Shown here piece after piece: positions 1-12,756 of a DNA stretch of 64,000 nucleotides. Within the stretch, counting starts at the first letter, position 1. Each line of letters starts with the position of its first letter. The DNA lies in assembly GCF_052425735.1 (NCBI RefSeq), contig NC_135758.1, positions 30,814,001 through 30,878,000 of the forward strand. Reading direction: 5' to 3'. The notes beneath the pieces were generated by a model that was given only the letters and a program-made list of their open reading frames with translations, had not been told where the DNA came from and did not search any database. The position numbers and the translations under genes were made by a program. This stretch comes from Oculina patagonica. Taxonomy: Eukaryota.

Positions 1-399
1 GTCCACACTTATTGCGGTCACTGTTAGAAGAGATACTCCTGAAAATATCGTGTTGTTAAATTGAGCCAATATTTGGGTCACCCGACAGAGGTTCGTACGT
101 TGAAATAGAGCCGAGAAAATAGAAGCAATTGTTACTGGCTGTCCAATCACACCAACACAAAGATCGGTGATTTCCAGAGAACGAAGAAGTATTTTTGAAG
201 GCGGATGAAGAGACGTATCCTTGTGAAGGGCGACTAAGATCAAACTGTTCTCAAGAGTAGCTGTTATTGTAAGAAAAATGCATACAGACGATATCAAAAT
301 GTAATGAATGGCAGTTTCTTTATCATTTTTACCTTCCGAAACAGTGCAAATAAATTCGCGAAACATTTCTTTTCTGCCTTCGTCGCTGACGTTTGACAT
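1..399 (-). CDS. Family B orphan class A GPCR, 5' part (runs off window edge)
   Basis: Manual translation from ATG at 399: MSNVSDEGRKEMFREFIC...[39 protein letters not shown]...TAISVD. Open to base 1. Paralogue of 27917/38821/45141. Confidence 0.85.
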   Translation of the reverse strand, partial: MSNVSDEGRKEMFREFICTVSEGKNDKETAIHYILISSVCIFLTITATLENSLILVALHKDTSLHPPSKILLRSLEITDLCVGVIGQPVTIASIFSALFQRTNLCRVTQILAQFNNTIFSGVSLLTVTAISVD

Positions 400-1681
400 C
401 TTTTCCCGGATTTCTTTAATGGACTTGTTAATGACTGGGTGGAAATTAAACAGTTTGGTTCTTATTCGTTGTACCTAATTTCTTCTTTCCCAAAGTTGAT
501 TTTCTTGTCCTGAATGGTAGAAGGACTTGAGTTGTAATTGGTGCTTTTGTTGCGTTGCTGTGAACGTTTATTATTTGAACGTAGTATTTTGTCCACGGCC
601 GGCAATACTTTTCTTTTTACATGGCAGGTGATCCTTTGCAATTAACGTTTTTGACGCTGGTAAAGTGCTTTTTCTGGGGTATGTTAATTTTGAGTGGGCG
701 TGAAGACACTTCCCTTCAACGTTAACTTTTCTCCAACGTTTGGATTGGAATCATTTTAAAAATTGGCATATTTTAAAAGATATAAGAGGAATTAAAGAGA
801 TCTCCTCAGCCTTACTTTGTGCTTGTTGAACAAATAAAACGGAAAAATATTTTACGGCTGACAATTTACTTATTGTCCATGCCCCACTTGGGGACTGGAG
901 CCGAGAATAATTTATTTGACAATTACATAATTGTGTCCGCTAAAAAACCCAGGACTAAAAAACGGCTACGTAACAGTATTTAAATATATAAACTGGCAGG
1001 CTCAACATTTAAAAGTGTCAACTTTATTCATCAGACAATATACATCCACAGTCAGGTAAATAACACAGATAACACTATTTGAATATGTCAAAACATTCAA
1101 CATACGAAGGTCATTGGTTCTTAAAATAATAACTTACAGATCACAACGATGCCATAGCCCTAGAAAACAACACAGGGAGAGTTTACAATGGGCAAATGAA
1201 AATAGAGGTTCCAGAGAGGCCAGTAGCCTTTTGAACATATTCATTGACCTGTTGAAAGAAAGTCGCGTGACGAGCAATTTCACCTGCATCCCCGGGGCGA
1301 CATCTAAAATTTTAATTTTGATGATATTACCCAGCTGGTAACTCTTTTGGCGGCTACGATTATTATAATATTCTCTTGTCGAGCTTTCAGTTGCAAAGCT
1401 TCCTCGTTGAATAAATAATCAACGGTGAAACAACCAAAAAAAAAAAAAGAATTAAAAATAAATGAAAGTATATGACATTGTAGTACGGAGAAAATAACAC
1501 TAAACACACACAATTAATATGCTGATGCTGCGTAGTCTGACGAAATGACAGCTTTTAAAAGGGCCGATATAGAATGTCAATTTGCAAAATCAAACAGGAA
1601 CACAAATCTAGCAGCTCACTAAAAGGATTTTAAACATTTTCTAAAGCAAAGCATTAAGAAGAAAGAAAAGAAACGGCAATT

Positions 1682-2635
1682 ATGAACGACAATAGCACTT
1701 GTTGTAAAGCTAACGAGTTAAGTACAGCGGCAAAGATAATTTTATCTACGTGTTATGGTCTCACAGGTTTGGCGGCCATTATTGGAAACGGGATTGTGTT
1801 GTGGTTAATCATCAGAAATAGATCGCTAAGAACAATTTCGAACTTGTTCCTTACCTCATTGGCAGCAGCAGACTTTTTAGTAGGACTTGTTATAGACCCA
1901 GTGTGGATATCTATTAGATACACAGCTTATAACCCAGATCACTTGCAGACCCACGGTAAAGCTATTGACTATCTCTGGATCCACACAGCAGTAGCTACGA
2001 CATTTAACTTGTGCTGCGTTACCCTGGATAGACATATTGCCATCTTTTATCCACTACGCTACGTAGACATTATAAATACCAGGCGATGTAATGTGCTCAT
2101 AGCCACTGTTTGGTTCATGTCCTTGGTTCTTCCATGCTCGAGATTCTTAATTAACGATGCTACGGTGCTATCGACATTATATATCTCTTTTACAATCATA
2201 ACGGTATTGATACCAATGATCATCATTATACTGTGCTCTATTCGGATCTTAAAAGCCGCCACAGTGCAGTCCAAGAAAATTGCAACTGACCACACTTTAC
2301 AAAATGAAGACGCTGCGAAAAGAAGAAAAAAGAACTTTAAGGCTGCCAAGACAGTTAGCATTGTGGTTGGGCTGTTTGTTGTTTGCTGGTTGCCAAGTCT
2401 AGTAGTTTCTTTGATTCATTATTTTAGCAAACGATTGACTTGGTCCAAAGTATGGGCACCAGTCGAAGCGGTCGCGTTTACTTCATCGGCAATAAACCCG
2501 TGGGTGTATTGCTTGCGGAACGGCGAATTCTATGAAGCTTTAATTCGCACTTTTCCATTTCTAAGACGAAATTCGGAAGGAAATCGCTTTCAACGTCATT
2601 CAGTTGAGAAAACAACGAACACTGAAGGGAGCTAA
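1682..2635 (+). CDS. Family A intronless class A GPCR (317 aa)
   Basis: Seven hydrophobic segments; motifs GN, LAAAD, DRH, W4.50, CWLP, NPWVY. Confidence 0.95.
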   Translation: MNDNSTCCKANELSTAAKIILSTCYGLTGLAAIIGNGIVLWLIIRNRSLRTISNLFLTSLAAADFLVGLVIDPVWISIRYTAYNPDHLQTHGKAIDYLWIHTAVATTFNLCCVTLDRHIAIFYPLRYVDIINTRRCNVLIATVWFMSLVLPCSRFLINDATVLSTLYISFTIITVLIPMIIIILCSIRILKAATVQSKKIATDHTLQNEDAAKRRKKNFKAAKTVSIVVGLFVVCWLPSLVVSLIHYFSKRLTWSKVWAPVEAVAFTSSAINPWVYCLRNGEFYEALIRTFPFLRRNSEGNRFQRHSVEKTTNTEGS

Positions 2636-3244
2636 GTGAACGTAACTCGCTTTTCTCGATTTCATAAAAGACGAAAATCATTCAGTAAGAGATCAATAAT
2701 CTCGGGGAGCTGAGTGAACATTAATATTTTTCCTTCAGTTTAAATTTTTCCAAGTTATTACAAGTTTACAGGACATAAGTCAAACGTGGTTTCGTCTTAT
2801 TATTTATACATTCTGGGTTTAGAAAACACCTGGGGGGTCCAATTAAATTTTGTTGGTGTTTTTTTTTTTAATTTAAAAAATTTATGTTTTTATTATATTT
2901 TTATTTAAAAAAAAAATTAATTTTTTCGAAAAAATACNNNNNNNNNNNNNNNNNNNNNNNNNNNNNNNNNNNNNNNNNNNNNNNNNNNNNNNNNNNNNNN
3001 NNNNNNNNNNNNNNNNNNNNNNNNNNNNNNNNNNNNNNNNNNNNNNNNNNNNNNNNNNNNNNNNNNNNNNNNNNNNNNNNNNNNNNNNNNNNNNAATGGC
3101 AATGTGTTTCGCTTCTTTCGGTGATATTGCTTCGTTTCGCTCGTTTCGGCCGTTTGGGTTGTCTTGGTGATTTCTTTTCGCCGTTCAGATTTTAGTACAT
3201 GCCAGTGATGGAAGGGGAGTAAATGACATTTTATAATATGTAGT

Positions 3245-3538
3245 GGGAAACGCGGTGGCCTTACGTTAGCACGTTCGTCTCTGAATCGAGCTGTAAGGAT
3301 AGAGCCCTGGCCGGGGGCACTGGGTTGTGTTCTTGGGTTCTTGGGCAAAACACTCTTCTTGTCTCTCTCCACGTAGATATAAATGATATATAATTTACTG
3401 TAATACCAATATGGTAGCCGCTTTAATGGTCGACTAGCATCCTATCAAGGGAGGATTAGAAATACCTTGTCATTGAATGCTCTGGAAACCGGAATATACT
3501 GTGGCAAGATGAGTCACATTGACCCGGCGTAGGCTTTA
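3245..3538 (+). mobile_element. Degraded tRNA-derived SINE (same family as 58843-59131)
   Basis: CGCGGTGGCC...CCCTGGCCGGGG...TTCTTGGGCAAAACACT...GACTAGCATCC...GAAACCGG is colinear with the intact copy. Confidence 0.75.
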
Positions 3539-4088
3539 TGGAGTGGTCAGTTAACACCGAATAGTCAAGAAAACGAAAACTTCCAACACAACATATAGCC
3601 AGTTATTTCATCTTACTCGAACGAGTAGTCATTCGGGGAGACTAGTGACGATCGAACCAAATATCGCCAGGTGTCTCGCTAGCACTTTATATCGTGATTC
3701 TTCTGACGTGATAATATTTCGATATTGTTTCAGGAGTGGCGTCAATCGGCGACAGCACCATTCTCTTTAGTAATTGCTTTAGGTTTATGTGACGCTGGGA
3801 TTTACCAAGGGTATAACTCTAGATAAAGATAATTTTTGTTATTTACATAGCAATACCAGAATCAGTCGCAAATACAAACAATGCCAGGAAACGATGTAAT
3901 TTCACGATTACTTTTTGCAAAACGTCGTGATGTCTTAACCACCTTACATTTTTATTGATTAAAAAAGTAAAAATACCCAAAAGTTTACCCATGGACATTT
4001 CCTTGATCATAATCTTTTTCTGGCTACGGTCCTGAATGGACACTGCAAGTTATGTAACGTGAGGTTTACCTTTCAGTATTTTTTCCAG

Positions 4089-5015
4089 TTAAATTGAGAA
4101 ACAATCGCAAAACCTTCTTATCGTTTCCTTCACTGCTTGTCGAACTTCTTTGATCTTCCAGCAGTAAAGAACTGGATTCAGCGAAGAGTTAAGGTAAACA
4201 AGAGCTACCACTATACCCTCGGCCAGAAAAAGAGACGTGCTAAATCCACGAATAGCGATTACAACCGTTACTACAGCGAAAGGAAGATAACATGTTGCAA
4301 GTGTGAGATGAACCCACAACGCATTGAAAACTGTCTTCTTGAATCTTGCCATATTTGGCGAATTACTTGTTCTTTGATCTCCAAGAGAATCCTGTACTTG
4401 TGTCTGTTGACGTCGAATTGTACGAAAGATTCTCGTGTAATATTAAGTTGAAATTATTACTTCTAAGGCTATAAAGACACCGCTTGCGATGAAGTAAGCA
4501 GTCATATTCCAAACGCAAAGAAGACCGACCACGCTGCTTTTAAGCCAAAAAAGGGGAACGATCACACGGACTCGCTTGACGGTTACAACTTGTCTGTATC
4601 GCAACCTCAACAACAGAGCGAGTAGTCTGTCCACACCTATGGCGGTCAATGTCGCCAAAGAGACACCGGAACAAATCGTGGTTATAACGTAGACCGAGTA
4701 TTTTGCCAATCGGCAGAGGTTCCAGTTTTCTTTTACAACGGACAACAAGAGAGTGATCGCTATTGGAAGGGAAACGATGCCAACAAAAAGATCAGTGACC
4801 GCCAGAGAGCGAAGCAATAGTTTTGATGGTGGATGAAGAGATGTATCCTTGTGAAGGGCAAACAAGATCAAACTGTTCCCAAGAGTAGCTGTTATGCCTA
4901 GAGGAACGTAGAAGACCACAAGAAATGTGTAAAAGTGAAGAATGTAATTATGGCCATCCCAATGTCGACTGCAAAACAGAATTTGGGTTGTCTCGTTACC
5001 AATCATTTGCAACAT
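4089..5015 (-). pseudogene. Family B GPCR with a single in-frame premature stop
   Basis: ORFs 4443-5039 and 4089-4352 are in the same frame. TAA at 4443-4445 gives IIST*YYTRIF where paralogues read ISTYSYTRIF. Otherwise a complete 7TM. Confidence 0.85.
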
Positions 5016-7021
5016 TTCCAAAACTGACCTTGTTGCCAACGCGCGTATAGATTTGAAATGTGGTCCTTTTTAGTGTGCAGTTTACTTTATCTCCCGGGCT
5101 TATTATATTTATATTGATACTGAAGATATTAAAACAAATATATTGAATTGATTGAAAATGTTTTTTGTCTGCGTTGGGCAGTGCGTGGAGTGTTTTATAC
5201 AGTTCAACAAAAAAGCGTCCATGACATTTTCATCAATCGATTTAATTAGTTTGCTTCCGATCGACTACTAATCTTATCGAATCCAAACAAAACCTCTGGA
5301 TTTTGAAGAGATTATTCTTTTAGACCTATGTTTTCCCGAATTGGAGGTAACGTTATTACCTCAACGGATGTTTCTTTTTATGCACACAGTAGTAAATTAA
5401 ACTACAGAGAGTTAAATTGTGTTATAGAAATGTGATCTAATTTTAGGAAAACTAGACACGCTTTAGAAAGGATTGATTATACAGTTGTTTCTTCTTCTTC
5501 CAATTTTCACAAGCGTTTCTTCAACGTTATAAAAGGAGAAAAAAGCTTATGAAAACCAATTTTGTGCTTTTTATTAAGCCAAACCAGTCACTAGAAACGT
5601 CAATGGGTATGAATATTAAATTAAGCTTTGGTATACATCACGAACAGACAATTACACATGAAATTACAATCATAGTTGTGTGATCAAAGTCATTGTCTAT
5701 TGCAACATGCACTAATTTAAGAAAATGATTTGTGATCAGATTAAATTTTCATGTCTACTGATTGAAAATACCATTGTTCCTTCTCTAATACTGAATTAAT
5801 CTTGTCCACAAATGAAAGGAAGGTAAAATCCGAGTTTGATTTTAAGGAATTTAATGCAGTAATTATAATAATTTAAAACAGTATCCCATGTAGTTTACAA
5901 ACGTATGTAAATATAATAAGTCGCCTTGCGATATCGATCTGTTTCATCAGAAAGAGATGGATTACGAGCTTTCAAAAAAAAATGCTTAAAAGAGAAGGCA
6001 AATGAAGGCTATTACAATATTTATAAAAGTATTGTTGGACCTTTTTGTCAGTTTCTGACGTGTTCCCATTTGTTCACACTGCACAGTTTGTATTCATGTC
6101 ATTCAAAGCCCCGACCCCTCCCCCTTGAATGTCATTGATGATGAAGGACTAAATTTCGACAAATGCTAGCGGTAAAAATATTACTGATGCCTATATTTTC
6201 CAAACGATTGGCGTACCCTCGTACAGTTCATAGTTCTTTGTGTGGTAAGTATAAATTAAATTCAGGGATTTAAGAAGAGATCAACAATCTGGGAGGACAG
6301 GGAGTTGACTGAGAGTAATATATTTTCGTTGGTTGGAATTTCAGCATGTTTACAATAATTATACATGACATATGTTCATGGTAGTTGCGTGGTATTGTCA
6401 ATAAAATAGAAATTAATGTGGGCTCTCAAACTCTTAGATGTCTAAACAAAAGTGACTAATGATTGATCCGTGGGAGGAAGTACCTTCAATTGTTTTAGTA
6501 TATCTAAAACAATTTTAAAATGTGGAGAAACTAATCCGTTTTTTTTTTTTTTTGCAGATTGCATTTGGATTATTTGAGGGGAGAGAATGAAGTCAAATAA
6601 TAATCTCCGTGAGATAAAATAGGCCTGAACATATCTTAAAATATCAAGTCTAAAATAATTATATCATACACTTATATTTTGCTGTGAAGTAAGGTGAAGG
6701 TTTATTACAGTAGACCGGTTTAGCGGCACACCCCAGGGAATTTAGGGGGGTTTTTCCCGACATAATATCGTCTCACGTTCTTTTTAAAGGGACAGTTTCC
6801 CGACATGATAATCTAAAGTCCTCTTTCCTAATTTCCAAATTATATTGCCAAATACTACCAAATAAATTAGAAATACAAATAAATTGGATTGCATGATTCC
6901 ACAAAGCAAAATAGAACAAGTATTTTGGAGAAGAAGGACAAGATTATAAAGATGGAAGTGGATTACAGTTAGTCAAATTTGATTTTTTGACAGGATGTTT
7001 AGTAAACAAAGGAGGAGAAAT

Positions 7022-7422
7022 AGTAGTATGGTAGACACCGTTTAGGCCCCTTTTTGGGACGGAATCTCATTATCCTGGTGTAGAATACATTAACAGGCGT
7101 GATGGTATAGGTATTGTCTAGATCTCATGAATAAAGTGTAGAGTGCATTACTATTGTCTTCAAAACTGACACCACAATTCTGTTGTTTGCAATCTCCCGC
7201 CGTCATCACTTGTGATGGTGTTGGAAAACAATAATAGTGTTGTGGTGGTGGCGGTGGTGGCGGTGGTGGAAGTTGTGGTCGTGTACGCCGTAGCGTAGTG
7301 GTGGTGGCGGACGTTGTGGTGGTGGTGGTGGCAGTTTTGGTGGTGGTGGTGGTGTGTATTCCACCGTTGGCTAAGGAGATTACACCCCAAAAAGAGGCCT
7401 AACTTGTGCCTACCATACTACT
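7022..7422. mobile_element. TIR non-autonomous element containing a (GGT)n microsatellite
   Basis: AGTAGTATGGTAGACACCGTTTAGGCCCCTTTTTGGG pairs with CCCAAAAAGAGGCCTAACTTGTGCCTACCATACTACT. GGT repeats at about 7240-7355. Confidence 0.65.
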
Positions 7423-9179
7423 TGAAATTGTGAATATCTAGTCATATTTTTCCTTTTAATTGATATTTCTTTGCTGTCACCTTTTATAGTGATTTAGTCT
7501 GTTCAATTTCAAGATAGTAAAGTAAGGTCATAGCCAGTTCCCGGTCATACTTATAAAAACACTATATTTCAACCGAGACACTCTCGCATTAAAGGAAATA
7601 TGTTACGATGACAATGAAAATAAAAATGTTTATGTAATGGAAACATTACACTTATCAACGATGGTTTTAGTGCGTCCTGCAGTTAAGCCTGCAGAGACGT
7701 ACCAGCTGGTTTACATGTAGGCCGAAAAATACGAAAAAATAGAAAGAACTGATGTCAAGTACCGAAGTTGTTCGACTAAGCGACGTGGGTGCTTATTTAA
7801 TTTTGGACCTTGAGAGTGAACTCTTATTCGAGGCTGGGCGCACATTATAAGCAAGTAGCTACTTTTTTGCAACAAAACAATGTATAATAATAAAACGTGA
7901 AGATGTACCAAAGCAAAACTTAAGCTGTTTATTAAAAGTTTAAATTTTTGTAAAATATAAAAAAACGGTCTTCGCGAAAGTCTCTCAGTAGTACTAAGTC
8001 AATTTCAATCGCACTTTCAATAATAATCAATACTCCTCTTGTGCACTCCAGGGTATTATATTAACGGAGGTTGGAAGGGGGCGCTTATTGAGGCGGGCGC
8101 TTATCAACTTTTACTACCTACAGGGTGGGCGCTTATTCGAGGTGGAGGCATGAGTTGCAGTAGTATCTGGAAATATACCGCGAGTAATAATTCAAAAGTG
8201 TTCGTAGCTCACTCATAGATGTTACTGAAGCTTCGTTTTGGAGCCTTTAAGAAATGGAGAGTTTTTTTAGCTCAGTTAAACCACACGGAAGTGTTTTGTT
8301 TTCAATATTCGTAGTTTTCTGTTTACTTTGACAGCTTATCTTACTACAATATCCTTTCTTGTCCACACGCTAAACGATACATTTGTCCGCCATCTTGTTT
8401 GTTTTCTTTCAGTCTCAATTGTTACACTTTACATATTTGGAAGAGAGCAGTATTTAAAGCCATTGAAATGCTACTCTGTTCCAAATGTGGCACGTCAAAC
8501 TCTAGAAATACTACTCTGTTCCAAATACGGCAAGTATCAGTTTAGATAAATACAGCTTGTTTTAACCAATCAGCTTTTAGAAATTTCTCAGTCTGTATTA
8601 TAATGGTAGAAACGTGATTAGTTTCAATAACGATACATTCTTAAGGTAGGAGAAGAGCAGGCCCTGGGTACTTTTTCGACGATTGATTGGGTCGTCACGG
8701 AAACGCTTTGGAAGAAACGTGTCGTGGCGACGATTTCACCTGCATCTTTTGTCTCGATTATATTGTTCAACGGGTTCATTTTTCTGCAGATTCGATTATA
8801 ATAATATTCTCTTATCGACCATTTGAAAGCGCAAAGCTCACTCTTTGAATAAATAAGCAACAGTAAAATACCAAAAAAATATGTATTTGAATACTATCAC
8901 AATGACAACATGTGAAAAACATTATAGGCAGCGACATAAAGCTAAATACACACAATTAATAAGCTGACAGCGAGTGGTCTAAAAAAATGACAGTCAAAGA
9001 CAGATATAGATGGATAGAAATCTTTATTTAATCAGGGTTGCCAGTTGGTATCAAAGACTGCTGATGTCAACAGGGCCCGGACTGGATAAAAAGGAACTCG
9101 ACTAACAGCGGCTTTCTTAGGGTTTTTCGAACTTTTCTACAGCAAAAAGATATAACAACCAAGCAAAGAAAAACCAATC

Positions 9180-10172
9180 ATGAATAATTCTTCTACTTGT
9201 TGTAATACAAAGGAGTTGGGCTTAGCGGCAAAGGTAGTTTTGTCAACGTGGTACGGTCTCACAGGTTTGGCGGCCATTATTGGAAACGGGATTGTGATGT
9301 GGTTGATTGTCAGAAATAGGTCACTACGGACAATTTCCAATTTGTTCCTAACCTCACTGGCGGCCGCAGACTTTTTAGTAGGGCTTGTTATAGACCCGGT
9401 GTGGATATCTATCAGATGCTTGGGATATAACTCAGATACTTATGTGCAAACCTATGGTAAATTTATTGACTACCTTTGGATTCACACAACAGTGGCTACT
9501 ACATTTAACTTGTGCTGCGTTACCCTAGATAGACATATTGCCATCTTTTATCCTCTCCGCTACGAAAACATTATCACTAACAGAAGATGTCATGTTCTCA
9601 TAGCCACTGTTTGGTTTATGTCCTTGGCTCTTCCATGCTCGAGATTCTTAATAAGCGATGTTAGAGGGCTGTCGACATTATATATCTCTTTTACTGTTAT
9701 CACGATATTGTTGCCAATGATTATAATCATCTTTTGCTCTATTCGGATTTTAAAAGTGGCTACAGTGCAGTTCAAGAAAATAATAACTGATGTTAATTTA
9801 CAGAATCAAGATGCTGTGAAAAAAAGAAAAAAGAACTTCAAGGCGGCCAAGACAGTTAGCATTGTAGTGGGACTGTTTGTTGTTTGCTGGTTACCAAGTC
9901 TTATCACTTCTTTTACGCATTATTTTAGCAAAAAGGTATCTTACAACTCGGTTTACTACACGGTGTGGACATCTGTGGAAGCGGTCGCGTTCCCTTCATC
10001 GGCAATCAACCCGTGGGTGTATTGCTTGCGAAACGAAGAATTCTATGAAGCTCTAAAGCGCACTTTTCGATGTTCAATAAAACGAAATTCGGAACAAAGC
10101 TGCTTTCAGTTAACAGATAAGCAAATAAACAGGGAACTGGGTAAACATAACACATGCAATTCGCCAGTGTGA
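9180..10172 (+). CDS. Family A intronless class A GPCR (330 aa)
   Basis: Complete 7TM ORF with GN, LAAAD, DRH, CWLP, NPWVY. Confidence 0.95.
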   Translation: MNNSSTCCNTKELGLAAKVVLSTWYGLTGLAAIIGNGIVMWLIVRNRSLRTISNLFLTSLAAADFLVGLVIDPVWISIRCLGYNSDTYVQTYGKFIDYLWIHTTVATTFNLCCVTLDRHIAIFYPLRYENIITNRRCHVLIATVWFMSLALPCSRFLISDVRGLSTLYISFTVITILLPMIIIIFCSIRILKVATVQFKKIITDVNLQNQDAVKKRKKNFKAAKTVSIVVGLFVVCWLPSLITSFTHYFSKKVSYNSVYYTVWTSVEAVAFPSSAINPWVYCLRNEEFYEALKRTFRCSIKRNSEQSCFQLTDKQINRELGKHNTCNSPV

Positions 10173-12756
10173 ATTTTTCCTCTTAATTAAGTTGAAAGGG
10201 TTATTAGCATGATCATAAGTTCGTCTTATTAGAATAATATCTAGTTCTTGTCAAACAGCTTGTCACAATAAACAATTGCACCGAATAAAAATAAGTTTTT
10301 TCCTATTTTACGCACCAAACTGAACCTTAGGTCCNNNNNNNNNNNNNNNNNNNNNNNNNNNNNNNNNNNNNNNNNNNNNNNNNNNNNNNNNNNNNNNNNN
10401 NNNNNNNNNNNNNNNNNNNNNNNNNNNNNNNNNNNNNNNNNNNNNNNNNNNNNNNNNNNNNNNNNNNNNNNNAAGAGAGAGGGGACGAGTGTCGACTGGG
10501 GACGAGCACAGTGTCGCAAGGTGTTTCTGCTATATTAGTGCCCAGGCCTTTTGAACCCTAACAGAGAATTTGTTAAACAATTTACTGGAGACTCGTGAAC
10601 TAAAACATTGTAAACTGTTATCCCAATAGACAACGTTTGAAGACTTGTCGTTTCGACTTTGATATTTCAGATATTTTTGGTCCCCAAATGGTGACATTTA
10701 AGGGCAGGTACCCGTTTCTTTTTTGTTATTATTTTTTAATTAATTGCTCAAAAGATAAAAATACACATCTTAAGTTACATATGAAAGGGAAAAACTTGAA
10801 CTGATAAATACAATGGATCAAATAAATTCAATTGCTAAATTATTTAATAGAGGGCTAAAATGAAAGTTTTCCAATTGACCCTACAGTTGTGCCCATCCGA
10901 GAGCCCGGTCGAACTCGGTCGTGAGAGGAAACAGACCGAACCCAGGACGGCCGCCGAAGGCCGGGGGTGGGAGGGGGCGTGGTGGGCGGCTGCACGAGCG
11001 CGAGGAGGAGAGATGAAAGATCGACTCGTGAGACCCGGTCGCGTGACTGCGTGACCCGGCAGGGGGAAGAGGACACGGGACTCACCGAGCCGCAGCCATA
11101 CGCCGAGCGCGAGAGACTGAAGTGACGAGACGAGAGCCCCCTGGAACACAAAAAAGGCAGAGCAGGAGGAACAGGCGAAGCGGGGGACAAGGGCCGCAAA
11201 CCGAGCCACCCGAATACAGGGAACGAGAAGCACAGAAGCTGGTCACATGTAGCTGGATGTTCGGTAACTACAGGACAATCTCAGCTCACTGCTCTTCTTC
11301 TAGCTGAGAAATACACGTTCGCGTCTTTTTCGTCCGGACCAAGGGCCACATACTGTACTCATTGAAAATAATTTTTTCAGATTTAAATAACAATTCCGTC
11401 AAATAAAGAAACAAATCTACATCGGACACAAGCTACCAGTATAGATGTATACAGTCAAATGTAAGAGAATTTCAACTATCAGTTCATGGTTGTGGAAAAG
11501 ATTGCATGTGAAGCGATACTGCCATGTAGGTGTCTATCAGCATTCATAAAATAAATCGCTATTCAATCGTTTATTGTTTTCTACAAAGGCTTTACAATAT
11601 TTTGGTTTCTAGAAATGAAACTAATGAGTTAAGGGTGATTATGGAAAGGGTATTATGAATGACACAAAGAAGACTATTAAAATGATTTTTGAATTATCCG
11701 CAAATCACCCGTGGACTTTTTAGTACCTACGTAAAACTAGACTAAGTAAAGAATACCGGAAAGGAGAAGGAAAAAGGAAAAAAATTATAAGCTCGCTAGC
11801 CCTGTGATAATTTTCCCAATCTACGTGACAGTGGAAAAGGCAGCTAAGAGCTGAGTTTTTTGTATCGTGTTTTGGATGTGTACGACTTTTCACGAAACCA
11901 GCAATCATTAAATGCTGCAAAAATTAAACACGCAGCTAAAAGCTGCAAAGCGCATTTGAACAAGCCTTCGTTTGGAATTTGCGCTAAATAAATGTTCTTT
12001 TAATATTACTATTTTTTATTAAATCCTTGCCATCTCCACCTCAGACTACAATTTGAAAATAATAGGATGAGAGAATCCTAAATTGAACAAAAGTCTATTT
12101 TAAGACTGTTTTAATAATTGCGCGGGAAGATTTCCATGCAAATTCTTCGTTTATTCATATCTAAATATTAATTTCAACAGTTTGAGAAATTACCAATAAT
12201 CGTGTGTTGAGGACTGCAAAACTGTACTTACACCCCTCTGTAACAGACCCAGTGGATCATCTCACCGGGCGGAGTACTGGGTGGCCTCCTGGGTCGGCAT
12301 GGGCTCGAAAGGAGACAAGTCACACGACAGTACGGGGAAGAAAGGGAGGAACAAACGCGGGACCGGGGAGACCACACGGGAGGGGAAAAACCACGGGCGG
12401 GTCCACTGGGTCTGTTGTAAGTGGGCAGTCGGGGGAATTTTTACCTGTAACCTTTAAATTATTTTGTGAACCTGTGGACCGATATGGACGTTACGTTGGA
12501 TGTTGCTTTGAAGGGTTTGTAAATAGGCATGATATTATGAATTTATTTGTCAGCCTTTGCATCTAGCTGAAAGAAAACAACTGAATGTATACACCCACTG
12601 GCACGCAAAGTGTGGGCAATTAAAAAAACTGTTTTCATTGTTTTCACGAATCGCCATATAAAATATTTAACGGCGGCTTCAGTGCCAGAAAGGACTTGTT
12701 CTACATTTTCTACAGAAACTCATTATCAGTCCAGGAAGGAAATAGAAACAGCAAAC

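Noticed and set aside
6130-6175. Minimal hammerhead-like TGATGAAGG...TTCGACAAA
   Set aside because: Core nucleotides and helices are too degenerate to support.
7160-7390. His/Thr-rich ORF
   Set aside because: Translation of a (GGT)n microsatellite inside a TIR element.
12610-12756. 49-aa N-terminal extension of the GPCR
   Set aside because: GTG start, absent from paralogues, and it crosses a probable splice acceptor.
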